64,000 bases of DNA from contig CAKZZM010000154.1 in assembly GCA_937885465.1 (NCBI GenBank), positions 7,760-71,759 on the forward strand, written 5' to 3'. A program made the position numbers and the translations under genes. How positions within the stretch are numbered: position 1 is the stretch's first letter; every line of letters begins with the position of its first letter. The stretch comes from an uncultured Bacteroidales bacterium. GTDB taxonomy: Bacteria; Bacteroidota; Bacteroidia; Bacteroidales; Paludibacteraceae. This document shows positions 1-8,711 of this stretch, in pieces. The notes under the pieces are model-generated. The model had not been told where the DNA came from. It searched no databases and worked only from the letters and a program-made list of their open reading frames with translations.

Positions 1-1077
1 CGAGTCTCCGAGGTGACCATACGTAACATTGCCGCGCAGCAGCACGCCGTGACCGGCATACTTAAAGTCGAAACTGCCGATAGACACCGTTCCACGCACA
101 CCCTTATACTGGTCACCGTTAATGTTATTACTAAGCGAGTTACGGAACGAGTTGCCACAATACCCGGAAAGTGACAGACGCAGTCCGCGTACACCTTCGT
201 AATCAAGACGTAACGCTCCGGCATACACATTGGCAAGTTTGAACTCATACGGACTGCCGGCACCTGTCTTTACCCAGTTTTTGCGGCTGAAACGGTCGCT
301 GTCAAGACCCGGAAGAAACATTGCCTGATACTTCAATCCGAACGATGTTGACCCCATAAAAGTCAGTGCCACCTCATGCCAAGTGCTTGGCAGGATAGTA
401 AACTCTCCTTCAGATCTATAAACGCTGAAGAACTCAGTGGGCATGTGGTACGCATTCAGTGCTCCGACAGGCACCACCTGCATACCGGCGCGAATGATAG
501 CATAGCGGTTGAACCTCTTCTGTAACCAGAACTGCTCAAGCGTCACCTCACCGCCACGCTCTATCTCCTGCTCCACTTCGCTACCGCCTTCTTTCTCTTC
601 AATCTCCATTGCGACCTCAGGACCACCGTGCTCAAACTCTATCTCCGAACCCATACTCCACCCTTTACCGAAGTCATAACCTAAATATATAACCACGTGC
701 GGGAGGTCAAACTCCCCATATCCGTCGTTTTTATAAAGCTCGGGCGTCACATATCTCAAATATTTGTTAGAATAGAAACAGCGTTTCGCTGTTATTTCGC
801 CATAGCCGCCAATGGTTAGGCGATGTCGCCCGTTCCCGACTTCCTTTGCCTTATCTGCAGGGCTGAGTTGCTCTATATCCGTTGCTTCCGGCTGCTCTGC
901 ATTCGTCATTTTTGGGGAGTCGGCGGGAAGTTGTGCAGCCTGCTCAAGTCGCTCAATACGCTGCAGCAGATTTTGCAGATCAGCAGCAGAAACGCGAACC
1001 GAGTCCTGCGCTGCTGCTGCTATACTGCTCACAATCAAAACAATAAACAAATATGAATATTTCTTGGAGAACATCAT
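1..1077 (-). CDS. outer-membrane porin-like beta-barrel protein (C-terminal part lies beyond the left window edge)
   Basis: The minus-strand frame is open from ATG-ATG at 1077-1072 to position 1. It is missing from the ORF track only because no stop lies in the window. My translation starts MMFSKKYSYLFIVLIVSSIAAAAQ (signal peptide), then a coiled-coil-like LQNLLQRIERLEQ, then Gly/aromatic-rich strand-like segments (TIGGYGEI, VVIYLGYDFGKGWSMGSEIEFEHGG). The family call rests on general character only. Confidence 0.55.
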   Translation of the reverse strand, partial: MMFSKKYSYLFIVLIVSSIAAAAQDSVRVSAADLQNLLQRIERLEQAAQLPADSPKMTNAEQPEATDIEQLSPADKAKEVGNGRHRLTIGGYGEITAKRCFYSNKYLRYVTPELYKNDGYGEFDLPHVVIYLGYDFGKGWSMGSEIEFEHGGPEVAMEIEEKEGGSEVEQEIERGGEVTLEQFWLQKRFNRYAIIRAGMQVVPVGALNAYHMPTEFFSVYRSEGEFTILPSTWHEVALTFMGSTSFGLKYQAMFLPGLDSDRFSRKNWVKTGAGSPYEFKLANVYAGALRLDYEGVRGLRLSLSGYCGNSFRNSLSNNINGDQYKGVRGTVSIGSFDFKYAGHGVLLRGNVTYGHLGDS

Positions 1078-1376
1078 TTATGAGAAAAAATGTGCTTTAA
1101 TTCGGATATGCAAAGGTACATCTTATTTGTTCTTCTAACAATACCCAAAAATTGGTAAAATAGTTATAACTTTTGCCGATTTTAACATAAATTGAAAAAT
1201 GACAGTCGAAAGGTGAAAGCCTGCCGCGCTTTTTGTGCAAAATTAATAATATAGGAACGGGTAACTGCCATTTTGTCATACTCGCCTTTTTTGGCACAGA
1301 ATGTGGGTTTTAGAGTGCGAAAGATATTGTTTGATAATTTTTATTTTTCATTTGGAATTAATAAATACGATATACT

Positions 1377-3491
1377 ATGAACAACAAGACTGAAAACTTA
1401 AACAAGTACGCTATTAATCTTAATGAGCGTGCACGCAGCGGCAAGTTAGACCCTGTTATAGGTCGTGATGAAGAGATACGCCGTGTCCTTCAGATACTCA
1501 GCCGCCGCACGAAGAACAACCCTATTTTAATAGGTGAGCCGGGCGTGGGTAAGACTGCAATAGCAGAGGGACTCGCCCATCGTATAGTGAGAGGTGATGT
1601 GCCTGAGAATTTGAAGCAGAAGCAGATCTTCTCGCTTGATATGGGTGCGCTGATTGCCGGTGCTAAGTATCAAGGTGAGTTTGAGGAGCGTCTGAAGGGT
1701 GTTATTACCGAAGTGACGGAGGCTGCCGGAGAGATAATCTTGTTTATTGATGAGATACATACTCTTGTCGGTGCCGGTCAGACGAGTGGTGCGATGGATG
1801 CCGCCAATATTTTGAAACCTGCCCTTGCTCGAGGCAACCTACGCGCTATCGGTGCTACAACATTGCAAGAGTATCAGAAATATTTCGAGAAGGATAAGGC
1901 ATTAGAAAGGCGTTTCCAAACGGTGATGATTGACGAGCCTGACGAGGCGGCAACAATAAGTATCCTTCGTGGTCTGAAAGAGCGTTATGAGAACCACCAC
2001 CATGTGCGTATTAAGGATAATGCCTTAATAGCGGCGGCGGAACTGTCAACCCGTTATATATCCGACCGCTTCTTGCCGGATAAGGCGATTGACCTCGTCG
2101 ATGAGGCCGCAGCGAAGATGCGTCTTGAGGTTGACTCCGTGCCGGAAGAATTAGATAATCTTGAAAGGCAGATTAAGCAGTTAGAGATAGAGCGCGAAGC
2201 AATACGCCGTGAGGGTGATAAGGAGAAACTGACCGCCCTTGGTAATCAACTCGCAGACCTTAAGCAACAGGCTGATACTATGCGAGCAAGGTGGCAGAAG
2301 GAGAAGGGGTATATTGCTACTATTCAGGACGAGAAAGTGCGCATGGAGCAACTAAAGCACGAGGCTGAGGTGGCAGAGCGCGAGAGTGATTATGGCAAGG
2401 TGGCAGAAATCAGATATAGCCGACTGAAAGAGTGCGAGGAGAAGATACAGCATGCGCAGGATGCACTGCATCAACTCGGAGGCGAGAGCCTGATAAAAGA
2501 GGAGGTGGATGCAGACGACATCGCCGAAGTGGTGAGCCGCTGGACAGGTATCCCCGTGCAGAAGATGCAGCAATCTGAAAGAGACAAACTGCTGCATCTG
2601 GAGGAAGAGTTGCATAAGCGCGTTATAGGTCAAGACGAGGCTATACAGGCGGTAAGTGATGCTATCCGCCGTAGTCGTGCCGGTCTGCAAGACCCGAAGC
2701 GACCGATAGGCTCGTTTATCTTCCTCGGTACAACGGGGGTAGGAAAGACCGAACTCGCCAAAGCCCTTGCCGATTATCTCTTCGACGACGAGAATATGAT
2801 CACCCGTATTGATATGTCAGAATATCAGGAGAAGTTTAGTGCTACACGACTTATCGGTGCCCCTCCGGGATATGTGGGCTACGACGAGGGTGGACAACTG
2901 ACGGAAGCAATCAGGCATAAACCCTATTCTGTGGTCCTTTTCGATGAGATAGAGAAGGCGCACCCCGATGTCTTCAATGTGCTGCTGCAAGTGCTTGACG
3001 ATGGCAGATTGACTGATAATAAGGGCAGGACTGTCAATTTCAAGAATACGCTTATTATCCTTACGAGTAACCTCGGCAGCCAGTTGATAAGAGAGAATAT
3101 GGAGAAAGGAGTGAGTCTTGATACAACCCGCGAGCAAGTGATGGAGATGCTAAGGCAAACCGTTCGTCCGGAGTTCCTTAATCGTATCGACGAAACGATA
3201 CTCTTCACGCCTCTCGATGAAGGGCAGATACGCGATATCGTCAGTCTGCAGGTCGGCTCGATACATAAGATGCTGATGGAGCAGGATATAGACCTCCGTT
3301 TCACTGACGATGCTATCCGATATATAGCCAAAGAGGGATATGACCCGCAGTTTGGGGCGCGACCCGTTAAACGAGCGTTGCAAAGACTTGTGCTTAACGA
3401 ACTCTCAAAGCAGATAATCGCAGGAAAGGTGAGTGTGAACCGACCGGTTATCGTTGACCTGAAAGAGGGAGAGTTGCACTTTGAAAATTAA
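1377..3491 (+). CDS. clpB: ClpB-type AAA+ disaggregase lacking the N-terminal domain
   Basis: 704 aa with two Walker A sites ([16 protein letters not shown]) and a long coiled-coil middle domain between them. Blocks nearly identical to E. coli ClpB as I recall it: [47 protein letters not shown]. It begins at the equivalent of about residue 150 of E. coli ClpB. Confidence 0.93.
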   Translation: MNNKTENLNKYAINLNERARSGKLDPVIGRDEEIRRVLQILSRRTKNNPILIGEPGVGKTAIAEGLAHRIVRGDVPENLKQKQIFSLDMGALIAGAKYQGEFEERLKGVITEVTEAAGEIILFIDEIHTLVGAGQTSGAMDAANILKPALARGNLRAIGATTLQEYQKYFEKDKALERRFQTVMIDEPDEAATISILRGLKERYENHHHVRIKDNALIAAAELSTRYISDRFLPDKAIDLVDEAAAKMRLEVDSVPEELDNLERQIKQLEIEREAIRREGDKEKLTALGNQLADLKQQADTMRARWQKEKGYIATIQDEKVRMEQLKHEAEVAERESDYGKVAEIRYSRLKECEEKIQHAQDALHQLGGESLIKEEVDADDIAEVVSRWTGIPVQKMQQSERDKLLHLEEELHKRVIGQDEAIQAVSDAIRRSRAGLQDPKRPIGSFIFLGTTGVGKTELAKALADYLFDDENMITRIDMSEYQEKFSATRLIGAPPGYVGYDEGGQLTEAIRHKPYSVVLFDEIEKAHPDVFNVLLQVLDDGRLTDNKGRTVNFKNTLIILTSNLGSQLIRENMEKGVSLDTTREQVMEMLRQTVRPEFLNRIDETILFTPLDEGQIRDIVSLQVGSIHKMLMEQDIDLRFTDDAIRYIAKEGYDPQFGARPVKRALQRLVLNELSKQIIAGKVSVNRPVIVDLKEGELHFEN

Positions 3492-3506
3492 CCTCCAAGC
3501 AGAAAA

Positions 3507-3635
3507 GTGGAGAACGTCTCCGAACGTTCTTATAAGTGGAGAACGTCTCCGAACGTTCTTATAAGTGGAGAACGTCTTCGAACGTTCTCCACTTTTTTAC
3601 TTCTTTGAGAGACGGTCGAAAAGACCGTCTCTACC
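3507..3635. repeat. RepA x3 (period 29 nt; starts 3507, 3536, 3565) followed by a RepB hairpin (3607-3635)
   Basis: GTGGAGAACGTCTCCGAACGTTC is read directly three times. The third copy is the fully palindromic form GTGGAGAACGTCTTCGAACGTTCTCCAC. It is followed by GAGAGACGGTCGAAAAGACCGTCTCTACC. Confidence 0.95.
3565..3598 (+). terminator. putative intrinsic terminator of clpB formed by a palindromic RepA copy
   Basis: 10-bp stem GTGGAGAACG/CGTTCTCCAC followed by TTTTTT, 74 nt after the clpB stop. Confidence 0.55.
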
Positions 3636-3668
3636 GTCTGCCCGCACTTTTCACTTTTCACTTTTTAA

Positions 3669-3700
3669 TTTGCGTATGTAAAATAAAAGCAGTATCTTTG
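3669..3700 (+). promoter_or_regulatory. Bacteroidetes-type promoter candidate (TTTG-N20-TAtcTTTG)
   Basis: TTTG at 3669-3672 and TATCTTTG at 3693-3700, 29 nt upstream of the ATG at 3729. Matches the known -33/-7 consensus of Bacteroides sigma-A promoters. Confidence 0.5.
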
Positions 3701-3728
3701 CACTTTGACTCAGAAATAAGGCACTGCT

Positions 3729-4673
3729 ATGAAGCGATTATATTTTTTGGTATTATTATCTGTTCTTCTTTGTTTTTCCACTGCTTTTGCTCAGAATTCC
3801 GAGAGCGTATCTTCGCTTGAAGGATTTCGTTTTGAGGTTATAGGCGACACCCTCTTCGTCATTTCTGAAGAGGGGACGGTTATGCCTCACCACTGCGTTT
3901 TTAAGCAGACAGACCGTGAGAATATCTACCGCCGCATCTATCACGACGAGACGGATGATTTGATGGAAGATCATCCGGCTAATGATATCTATTTGAGTAT
4001 CTGGACTCGCGAGCGTGTCAATCCGTACAAGCAATCGGTTGACTCTCTGAAAGATAGTATCTTGATAGACCTTCGCGGGTTTACCTTACCTCACCCGGGC
4101 TATATAACTTCTAAGTTCGGACCTCGACGCTATCGCTACCATTATGGTACCGACCTTAAGTTGCAAACGGGGGACTCTGTTCGTTGTGCTTTTGACGGGC
4201 AAGTGCGTATAGTAGGTTGGGACCCGCGCGGCTACGGACATTATGTTGTGGTGCGCCACGATAATGGTTTAGAAACGGTATATGGTCACTTATCCGCCCC
4301 GTTAGTTGATGAAAATATGCGTATCTATTCAGGGGAAGTGGTAGGATTAGGAGGTAATACGGGACGTTCTACAGGTTCGCATCTGCATTTTGAGTTCCGC
4401 TATCTCGGTAATGCTTTCAATACCGAAAAAATCATTAATTATGAAACGGGTCAGTTGCGTGACTCAACTTATCTCATCACTAAGGACGGCACCTTCGAGC
4501 ACCGCAAGGCTGTCAAGCAACTGGGGAACGCTAAGTATCACACTATTCGTCAGGGCGATACACTTTCAGGTATAGCAAAACGCTACGGCACCTCTGTTCG
4601 TGCTTTATGTAATCTGAACGGCATAAAAGAAACAAAAGTGCTGCAAATAGGGAAGAAGATAAGAGTTAGATGA
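3729..4673 (+). CDS. secreted M23 family metallopeptidase with C-terminal LysM domain
   Basis: Signal peptide MKRLYFLVLLSVLLCFSTAFA. M23 motifs HYGTDLK and GNTGRSTGSHLHFE. C-terminal LysM-like segment HTIRQGDTLSGIAKRYGTSVRALCNLNGI. Confidence 0.9.
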   Translation: MKRLYFLVLLSVLLCFSTAFAQNSESVSSLEGFRFEVIGDTLFVISEEGTVMPHHCVFKQTDRENIYRRIYHDETDDLMEDHPANDIYLSIWTRERVNPYKQSVDSLKDSILIDLRGFTLPHPGYITSKFGPRRYRYHYGTDLKLQTGDSVRCAFDGQVRIVGWDPRGYGHYVVVRHDNGLETVYGHLSAPLVDENMRIYSGEVVGLGGNTGRSTGSHLHFEFRYLGNAFNTEKIINYETGQLRDSTYLITKDGTFEHRKAVKQLGNAKYHTIRQGDTLSGIAKRYGTSVRALCNLNGIKETKVLQIGKKIRVR

Positions 4674-4689
4674 AAGGTGGATTGTGTAA

Positions 4690-5964
4690 ATGGTAAATGA
4701 ACAAGTGGTAAATATAATGGCTCCTGTGGGGAGTTGGGAGAGTTTAGCAGCGGCTTTGAATGCCGGTGCTAATTCTGTTTATTTCGGGATAGAAAAGCTG
4801 AATATGCGTGCGAGGAGTACACTCAACTTCACCACCGCAGACCTTCACGAGATAGTGCGCCGCTGCAAGGAGAGGGGGGTGCAAACTTACCTGACGCTTA
4901 ATACTGTCGTCTATCCTGAAGATATGCAACTGATGCGCGAGATAGTGGATAATGCCAAGGAGGCGGGCGTGGATGCTATCATAGCCTCTGATATTGCGGC
5001 TATGCAATATGCGGTAAGTAAGGATGTGGAGGTGCATCTGTCAACGCAACTGAATATAAGCAATACTGAGGCTTTGCGCTTCTATGCTCAGTTTGCTGAT
5101 GTCGTTGTGTTAGCAAGGGAACTGAATCTTGAGCAGGTGGCTGCTATACATAAAGATATAGTAGAGCAGAATATCCGCGGGCGACACGGCGAACTCGTTA
5201 AGTTAGAGATGTTCTGCCACGGCGCACTCTGTATGGCGGTCAGCGGTAAGTGCTATATGTCGCTGCATGAGAATAATACCTCTGCCAATCGCGGCTCGTG
5301 TGTGCAGATATGCCGCCGAGCATATACGGTGCGAGATAAAGAAACGGGAGATGAACTGACTATTGACAACCAGTATATTATGTCGCCTAAGGACTTGAAG
5401 ACCATTCATTTCCTTAATAAGATATTAGATGCGGGTGTTTCTGTTCTGAAGATTGAGGGGCGTGCCCGCGGACCTGAGTATGTCAAGACCGTTGTTGAGT
5501 GTTACAAAGAGGCTGTGGAGGTATATTATTCTCCACGCGGGGTTGATATCAATGCCCGCATTGCCGATTGGGATTCGCGACTTGCTCGAGTCTTCAATCG
5601 AGGGTGGTGGAACGGCTATTATCTCGGGCAACGACTCGGTGAGTGGACACACGAATACGGCTCGCAGGCGACTGTCAAGAAAGTGTATGCAGGAAAGGTA
5701 ACCAATTATTTCAGGCAAGCAGGAGTGGCTGAGGTTCATGTGGAGGCGTGTGCTATACCCAAAGACGCAGAACTGCTCTTCACGGGTGAGACGACAGGGG
5801 CATACGAGATGAAACTGAGTGATGCGCGTATCTTTGCGCCATTCTCCGATGGCAGACCTTCTAATATACCTATCGATAAACAGCAGGCGGATAAGGGTGA
5901 CTATCTCTCTTTCAAAACAGCTTCCCCCGTCAGGCGAGGCGATAAAGTATTCCTACTAAGGTGA
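4690..5964 (+). CDS. peptidase U32 family protein
   Basis: 424 aa. N-terminus APVGSWESLAAALNAGANSVYFG and the Cys-rich block CHGALCMAVSGKCYMS...CVQICRR are typical of U32 (collagenase-like / YhbU-YegQ type) proteins. The start could instead be the ATG at 4717. Confidence 0.85.
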   Translation: MVNEQVVNIMAPVGSWESLAAALNAGANSVYFGIEKLNMRARSTLNFTTADLHEIVRRCKERGVQTYLTLNTVVYPEDMQLMREIVDNAKEAGVDAIIASDIAAMQYAVSKDVEVHLSTQLNISNTEALRFYAQFADVVVLARELNLEQVAAIHKDIVEQNIRGRHGELVKLEMFCHGALCMAVSGKCYMSLHENNTSANRGSCVQICRRAYTVRDKETGDELTIDNQYIMSPKDLKTIHFLNKILDAGVSVLKIEGRARGPEYVKTVVECYKEAVEVYYSPRGVDINARIADWDSRLARVFNRGWWNGYYLGQRLGEWTHEYGSQATVKKVYAGKVTNYFRQAGVAEVHVEACAIPKDAELLFTGETTGAYEMKLSDARIFAPFSDGRPSNIPIDKQQADKGDYLSFKTASPVRRGDKVFLLR

Positions 5965-6113
5965 GTGGAGAACGCCTCCGAGCGTTCTGAATAGTGTTAG
6001 TAGCGAGGCACTCCTGTGCCTCGTATGAAGCACAGGAGTGCTTCACTACTAGTGGAGAACGCCTCCGAGCGTTCATATCTCTCGTCTTTATAAAGTCGGC
6101 ATTTAATGCCGAC
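5965..6113. repeat. mosaic RepA(5965) - RepH double hairpin (6002-6046) - RepA(6052) - RepD(6075-6113)
   Basis: Both RepA copies are the C:G stem variant GTGGAGAACGCCTCCGAGCGTTC. The RepH hairpins are GAGGCACtcctGTGCCTC and GAAGCACaggaGTGCTTC. RepD ends in the palindrome GTCGGCATTTAATGCCGAC. Confidence 0.95.
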
Positions 6114-6120
6114 ATACAAA

Positions 6121-6147
6121 GACTGCCGAATTCCACATTCGGCAGTC
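6121..6147. terminator. bidirectional terminator-like hairpin between the convergent U32 and dnaK genes
   Basis: GACTGCCGAATtccacATTCGGCAGTC (11-bp stem) with T-rich tracts on both strands (TTTGTCTTTG on plus, TTTGTATG on minus). Confidence 0.6.
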
Positions 6148-6216
6148 TTTGTCTTTGTTCCTTTTTCTACTTTCGAACGTAGTACCTTCGTACATCGTCC
6201 TTCGTCCATTGTCACT

Positions 6217-8151
6217 TTACTTGACTTCTTCAAAGTCAACATCGGTTACATCACCTTTGTCGTTGCCGGCTGTGCCGTTGTTGCCGCTTTGCTGTCCGGC
6301 GTTAGTGAAGTCTGCGCCACCGGGGAATCCGGATCCTTGTGCGCCGCCTGCTGCCGCATACATCTCTGCACTGGCTGCTTGGAAGGCTGCGGTGAGGGTA
6401 CCCATTGCCGTCTCACATGCATCAGCATCTTTCTTCTCGTAAGCCGCTTTCAGATCTTTGAGAGCGTTCTCAATAGGTGCTTTCTTGTCGGCGGGAATCT
6501 TATCCCCGAACTCCTGCATCTGCTTCTCGGTCTGGAAGATAAGCGAGTCTGCTTTGTTGAGCTTATCAACACGCTCTCTCTCGCGTTTGTCGGCCTCTGC
6601 ATTGGCCTCTGCCTCGGCTTTCATGCGCTTAATCTCTTCGTCTGACAGTCCGCTTGATGCTTCAATGCGGATCTTGGCATCTTTGCCCGTAGCCTTATCT
6701 TTGGCACTTACATTGAGGATACCGTTTGCGTCAATATCGAATGTCACCTCGATCTGCGGTTCGCCGCGGCGTGCCGGCATGATACCGTCTAAGTGGAAAC
6801 GACCGAGCAGTTTGTTCTGCGCTGCCATAGGTCTCTCGCCTTGATAAATGACGATTTCTACTGACGGTTGATTATCAACGGCGGTGGTGAAGGTCTCTGC
6901 TTTCTTCGTCGGAATAGTAGTGTTTGCCTCAATCATCTTCGTCATCACACCACCCATCGTCTCTATACCGAGGGAGAGAGGAGTGACATCGAGAAGAAGG
7001 ACATCCTTAACATCGCCCGTCAATACACCACCTTGTATGGCTGCGCCTACTGCTACTACCTCGTCGGGATTAACACCTTTCGACGGAGCCTTGCCGAAGA
7101 ACTTCTCAACAGCCTGTTGGATAGCCGGAATACGGGTTGAACCGCCAACGAGGATAACTTCATTAATATCGCTTGTTGATAGACCGGCGTGCTGCAGTGC
7201 CGAACGGCAAGGAGCGATAGTACGCTGGATGAGATCGTCAATCAGTTGCTCGAATTTAGCGCGAGTGAGTGTCTTAACAAGGTGCTGAGGTACACCGTTT
7301 ACCGGCATGATATAAGGCAGATTGATCTCGGTAGTGGTAGTGTTCGAAAGTTCGATCTTAGCCTTCTCTGCAGCCTCTTTCAAGCGTTGCATCGCCATCG
7401 GGTCCTTAGAGAGGTCGGCACCACCGTTCTCTTGTCTGAACTCGCTTATGAGCCACTCGATAATACGATGATCGAAGTCGTCACCGCCGAGGTGTGTGTC
7501 ACCATCTGTTGCCTTTACCTCGAATACTCCGTCGCCTAACTCAAGTACGCTGACATCGTGGGTGCCGCCACCGCAGTCGAACACTACTATCTTCATGTCT
7601 TTATTCGACTTGTCAAGACCGTATGCCAACGCTGCTGCTGTAGGCTCATTAACGATACGGCGTACATTAAGACCTGCTATCTCGCCTGCCTCTTTTGTGG
7701 CCTGACGTTGTGAGTCGTTGAAGTAAGCAGGAACGGTGATAACCGCATCCGTCACTTCCTGCCCGAGATAGTCCTCTGCCGTCTTCTTCATCTTTTGCAA
7801 AATGATGGCAGATATCTCTTGCGGGGTGTAGAGACGACCATCAATATCAACACGCGGAGTGTTATTGTCACCACGAACAACCTTATAAGGCACGCGAGAA
7901 ATCTCCGAGGAGAGACGGTCGTAGGTCTCACCCATAAAACGCTTGATACTATAAACAGTCTTTGTCGGATTGGTGATTGCCTGACGCTTTGCAGGGTCTC
8001 CCACTTTCCTTTCACCACCATCTACAAAACCGATAACCGAAGGGGTGGTTCGTTTGCCTTCACTGTTAGCGATAACCACGGGCTCATTGCCCTCCATAAC
8101 TGCGACGCAGGAATTAGTAGTTCCTAAGTCAATTCCAATAATCTTACTCAT
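6217..8151 (-). CDS. dnaK: molecular chaperone DnaK (Hsp70)
   Basis: 644 aa with canonical Hsp70 signatures: [22 protein letters not shown]-like [15 protein letters not shown], and [14 protein letters not shown]. Confidence 0.97.
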   Translation of the reverse strand: MSKIIGIDLGTTNSCVAVMEGNEPVVIANSEGKRTTPSVIGFVDGGERKVGDPAKRQAITNPTKTVYSIKRFMGETYDRLSSEISRVPYKVVRGDNNTPRVDIDGRLYTPQEISAIILQKMKKTAEDYLGQEVTDAVITVPAYFNDSQRQATKEAGEIAGLNVRRIVNEPTAAALAYGLDKSNKDMKIVVFDCGGGTHDVSVLELGDGVFEVKATDGDTHLGGDDFDHRIIEWLISEFRQENGGADLSKDPMAMQRLKEAAEKAKIELSNTTTTEINLPYIMPVNGVPQHLVKTLTRAKFEQLIDDLIQRTIAPCRSALQHAGLSTSDINEVILVGGSTRIPAIQQAVEKFFGKAPSKGVNPDEVVAVGAAIQGGVLTGDVKDVLLLDVTPLSLGIETMGGVMTKMIEANTTIPTKKAETFTTAVDNQPSVEIVIYQGERPMAAQNKLLGRFHLDGIMPARRGEPQIEVTFDIDANGILNVSAKDKATGKDAKIRIEASSGLSDEEIKRMKAEAEANAEADKRERERVDKLNKADSLIFQTEKQMQEFGDKIPADKKAPIENALKDLKAAYEKKDADACETAMGTLTAAFQAASAEMYAAAGGAQGSGFPGGADFTNAGQQSGNNGTAGNDKGDVTDVDFEEVK

Positions 8152-8184
8152 ATTCTTTTGTTTTTTTTATTTCGTTAAACTTTC

Positions 8185-8240
8185 CGTAGCGTAAGCGCTA
8201 CTTTGTACTTTGTACTTAGTCACTTGGTACTTAGTTGTAG
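8185..8240. repeat. RepE low-complexity GTAC-rich block in the dnaK upstream region
   Basis: CGTAGCGTAAGCGCTACTTTGTACTTTGTACTTAGTCACTTGGTACTTAGTTGTAGC. The same word set recurs at 19219, 21131, 26629, 38476, 41703 and 61545. Confidence 0.8.
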
Positions 8241-8324
8241 CTTTGCACCACAAATACTCAAATCGTATGCCAAACAAACGGCACAGCAATTTTTCTGCCA
8301 TTTTGTCAGTTTAGTGGTAATAAA

Positions 8325-8536
8325 GGTAGAGACGGTGTTCTTCACCGTCTCTCAATAGTGGAGAACGTCTCCGAACGTTTCTATTTCTCGTTTTTATAAA
8401 GTCGGCATTTAATGCCGACATTAGGAGTGGAGAACGTCTCCGAACGTTCAGACTTATTGAAACAGCGTTTAAACGGCATTTAAACGGCGTTGAAAAGTCC
8501 TTAAAAAGAGAGACGGTCGAAATGACCGTCTCTACC
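8325..8536. repeat. mosaic RepB(8325-8355) - RepA(8358) - RepD(8384-8419) - RepA(8427) - RepB(8508-8536)
   Basis: All units read directly. The B-to-A junction TCTCTCAATAGTGGAGAAC is the same as at four other loci. Confidence 0.95.
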
Positions 8537-8549
8537 ATCGACTTCTGGC

Positions 8550-8693
8550 TTACATAGGCTCGACATCGTCTATCGTCGGATCAACGGAACCACCGAACTC
8601 AAGTGCTCCGCCGCGTACCGAACCAATGCAGATACTGCCATCTGAATAGATGGGAAGAATATAGGTGTAAGGATTCTGATATTTCTTTTTCAT
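8550..8693 (-). CDS. possible small ORF (47 aa), hypothetical
   Basis: My translation is MKKKYQNPYTYILPIYSDGSICIGSVRGGALEFGGSVDPTIDDVEPM. It lies 19 nt downstream of the 8712..10787 gene on the same strand and is below the ORF-track length cut-off. No recognisable family. Confidence 0.25.
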   Translation of the reverse strand: MKKKYQNPYTYILPIYSDGSICIGSVRGGALEFGGSVDPTIDDVEPM

Positions 8694-8711
8694 AGTGAAG
8701 CAAATTTGAGG

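Noticed and set aside
812-1138. Plus-strand ORFs 812..1138 and 823..1056.
   Set aside because: They lie antisense to a much longer open minus-strand frame that has a signal peptide and porin-like sequence, and their own translations are Cys/Ser/Arg-rich with no recognisable features.
3507-3592. Tandem RepA copies with regular 29-30 nt spacing (also at 43899-44030, 52999-53051 and 35680-35736) looked superficially like a CRISPR array.
   Set aside because: The unique sequence between repeats is only 6-7 nt, there are only 2-3 units, no cas genes are present, and the same unit is dispersed singly throughout the window. It is an interspersed hairpin repeat, not CRISPR.
6106-8127. Many plus-strand ORFs inside dnaK (6106..6645, 6458..6844, 6884..7288, 7189..7539 and others) and similar antisense ORFs inside clpB, SusC, the metallophosphoesterases, flotillin and gpmI.
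   Set aside because: They are antisense or out-of-frame shadows of strongly supported genes, with compositionally biased translations.
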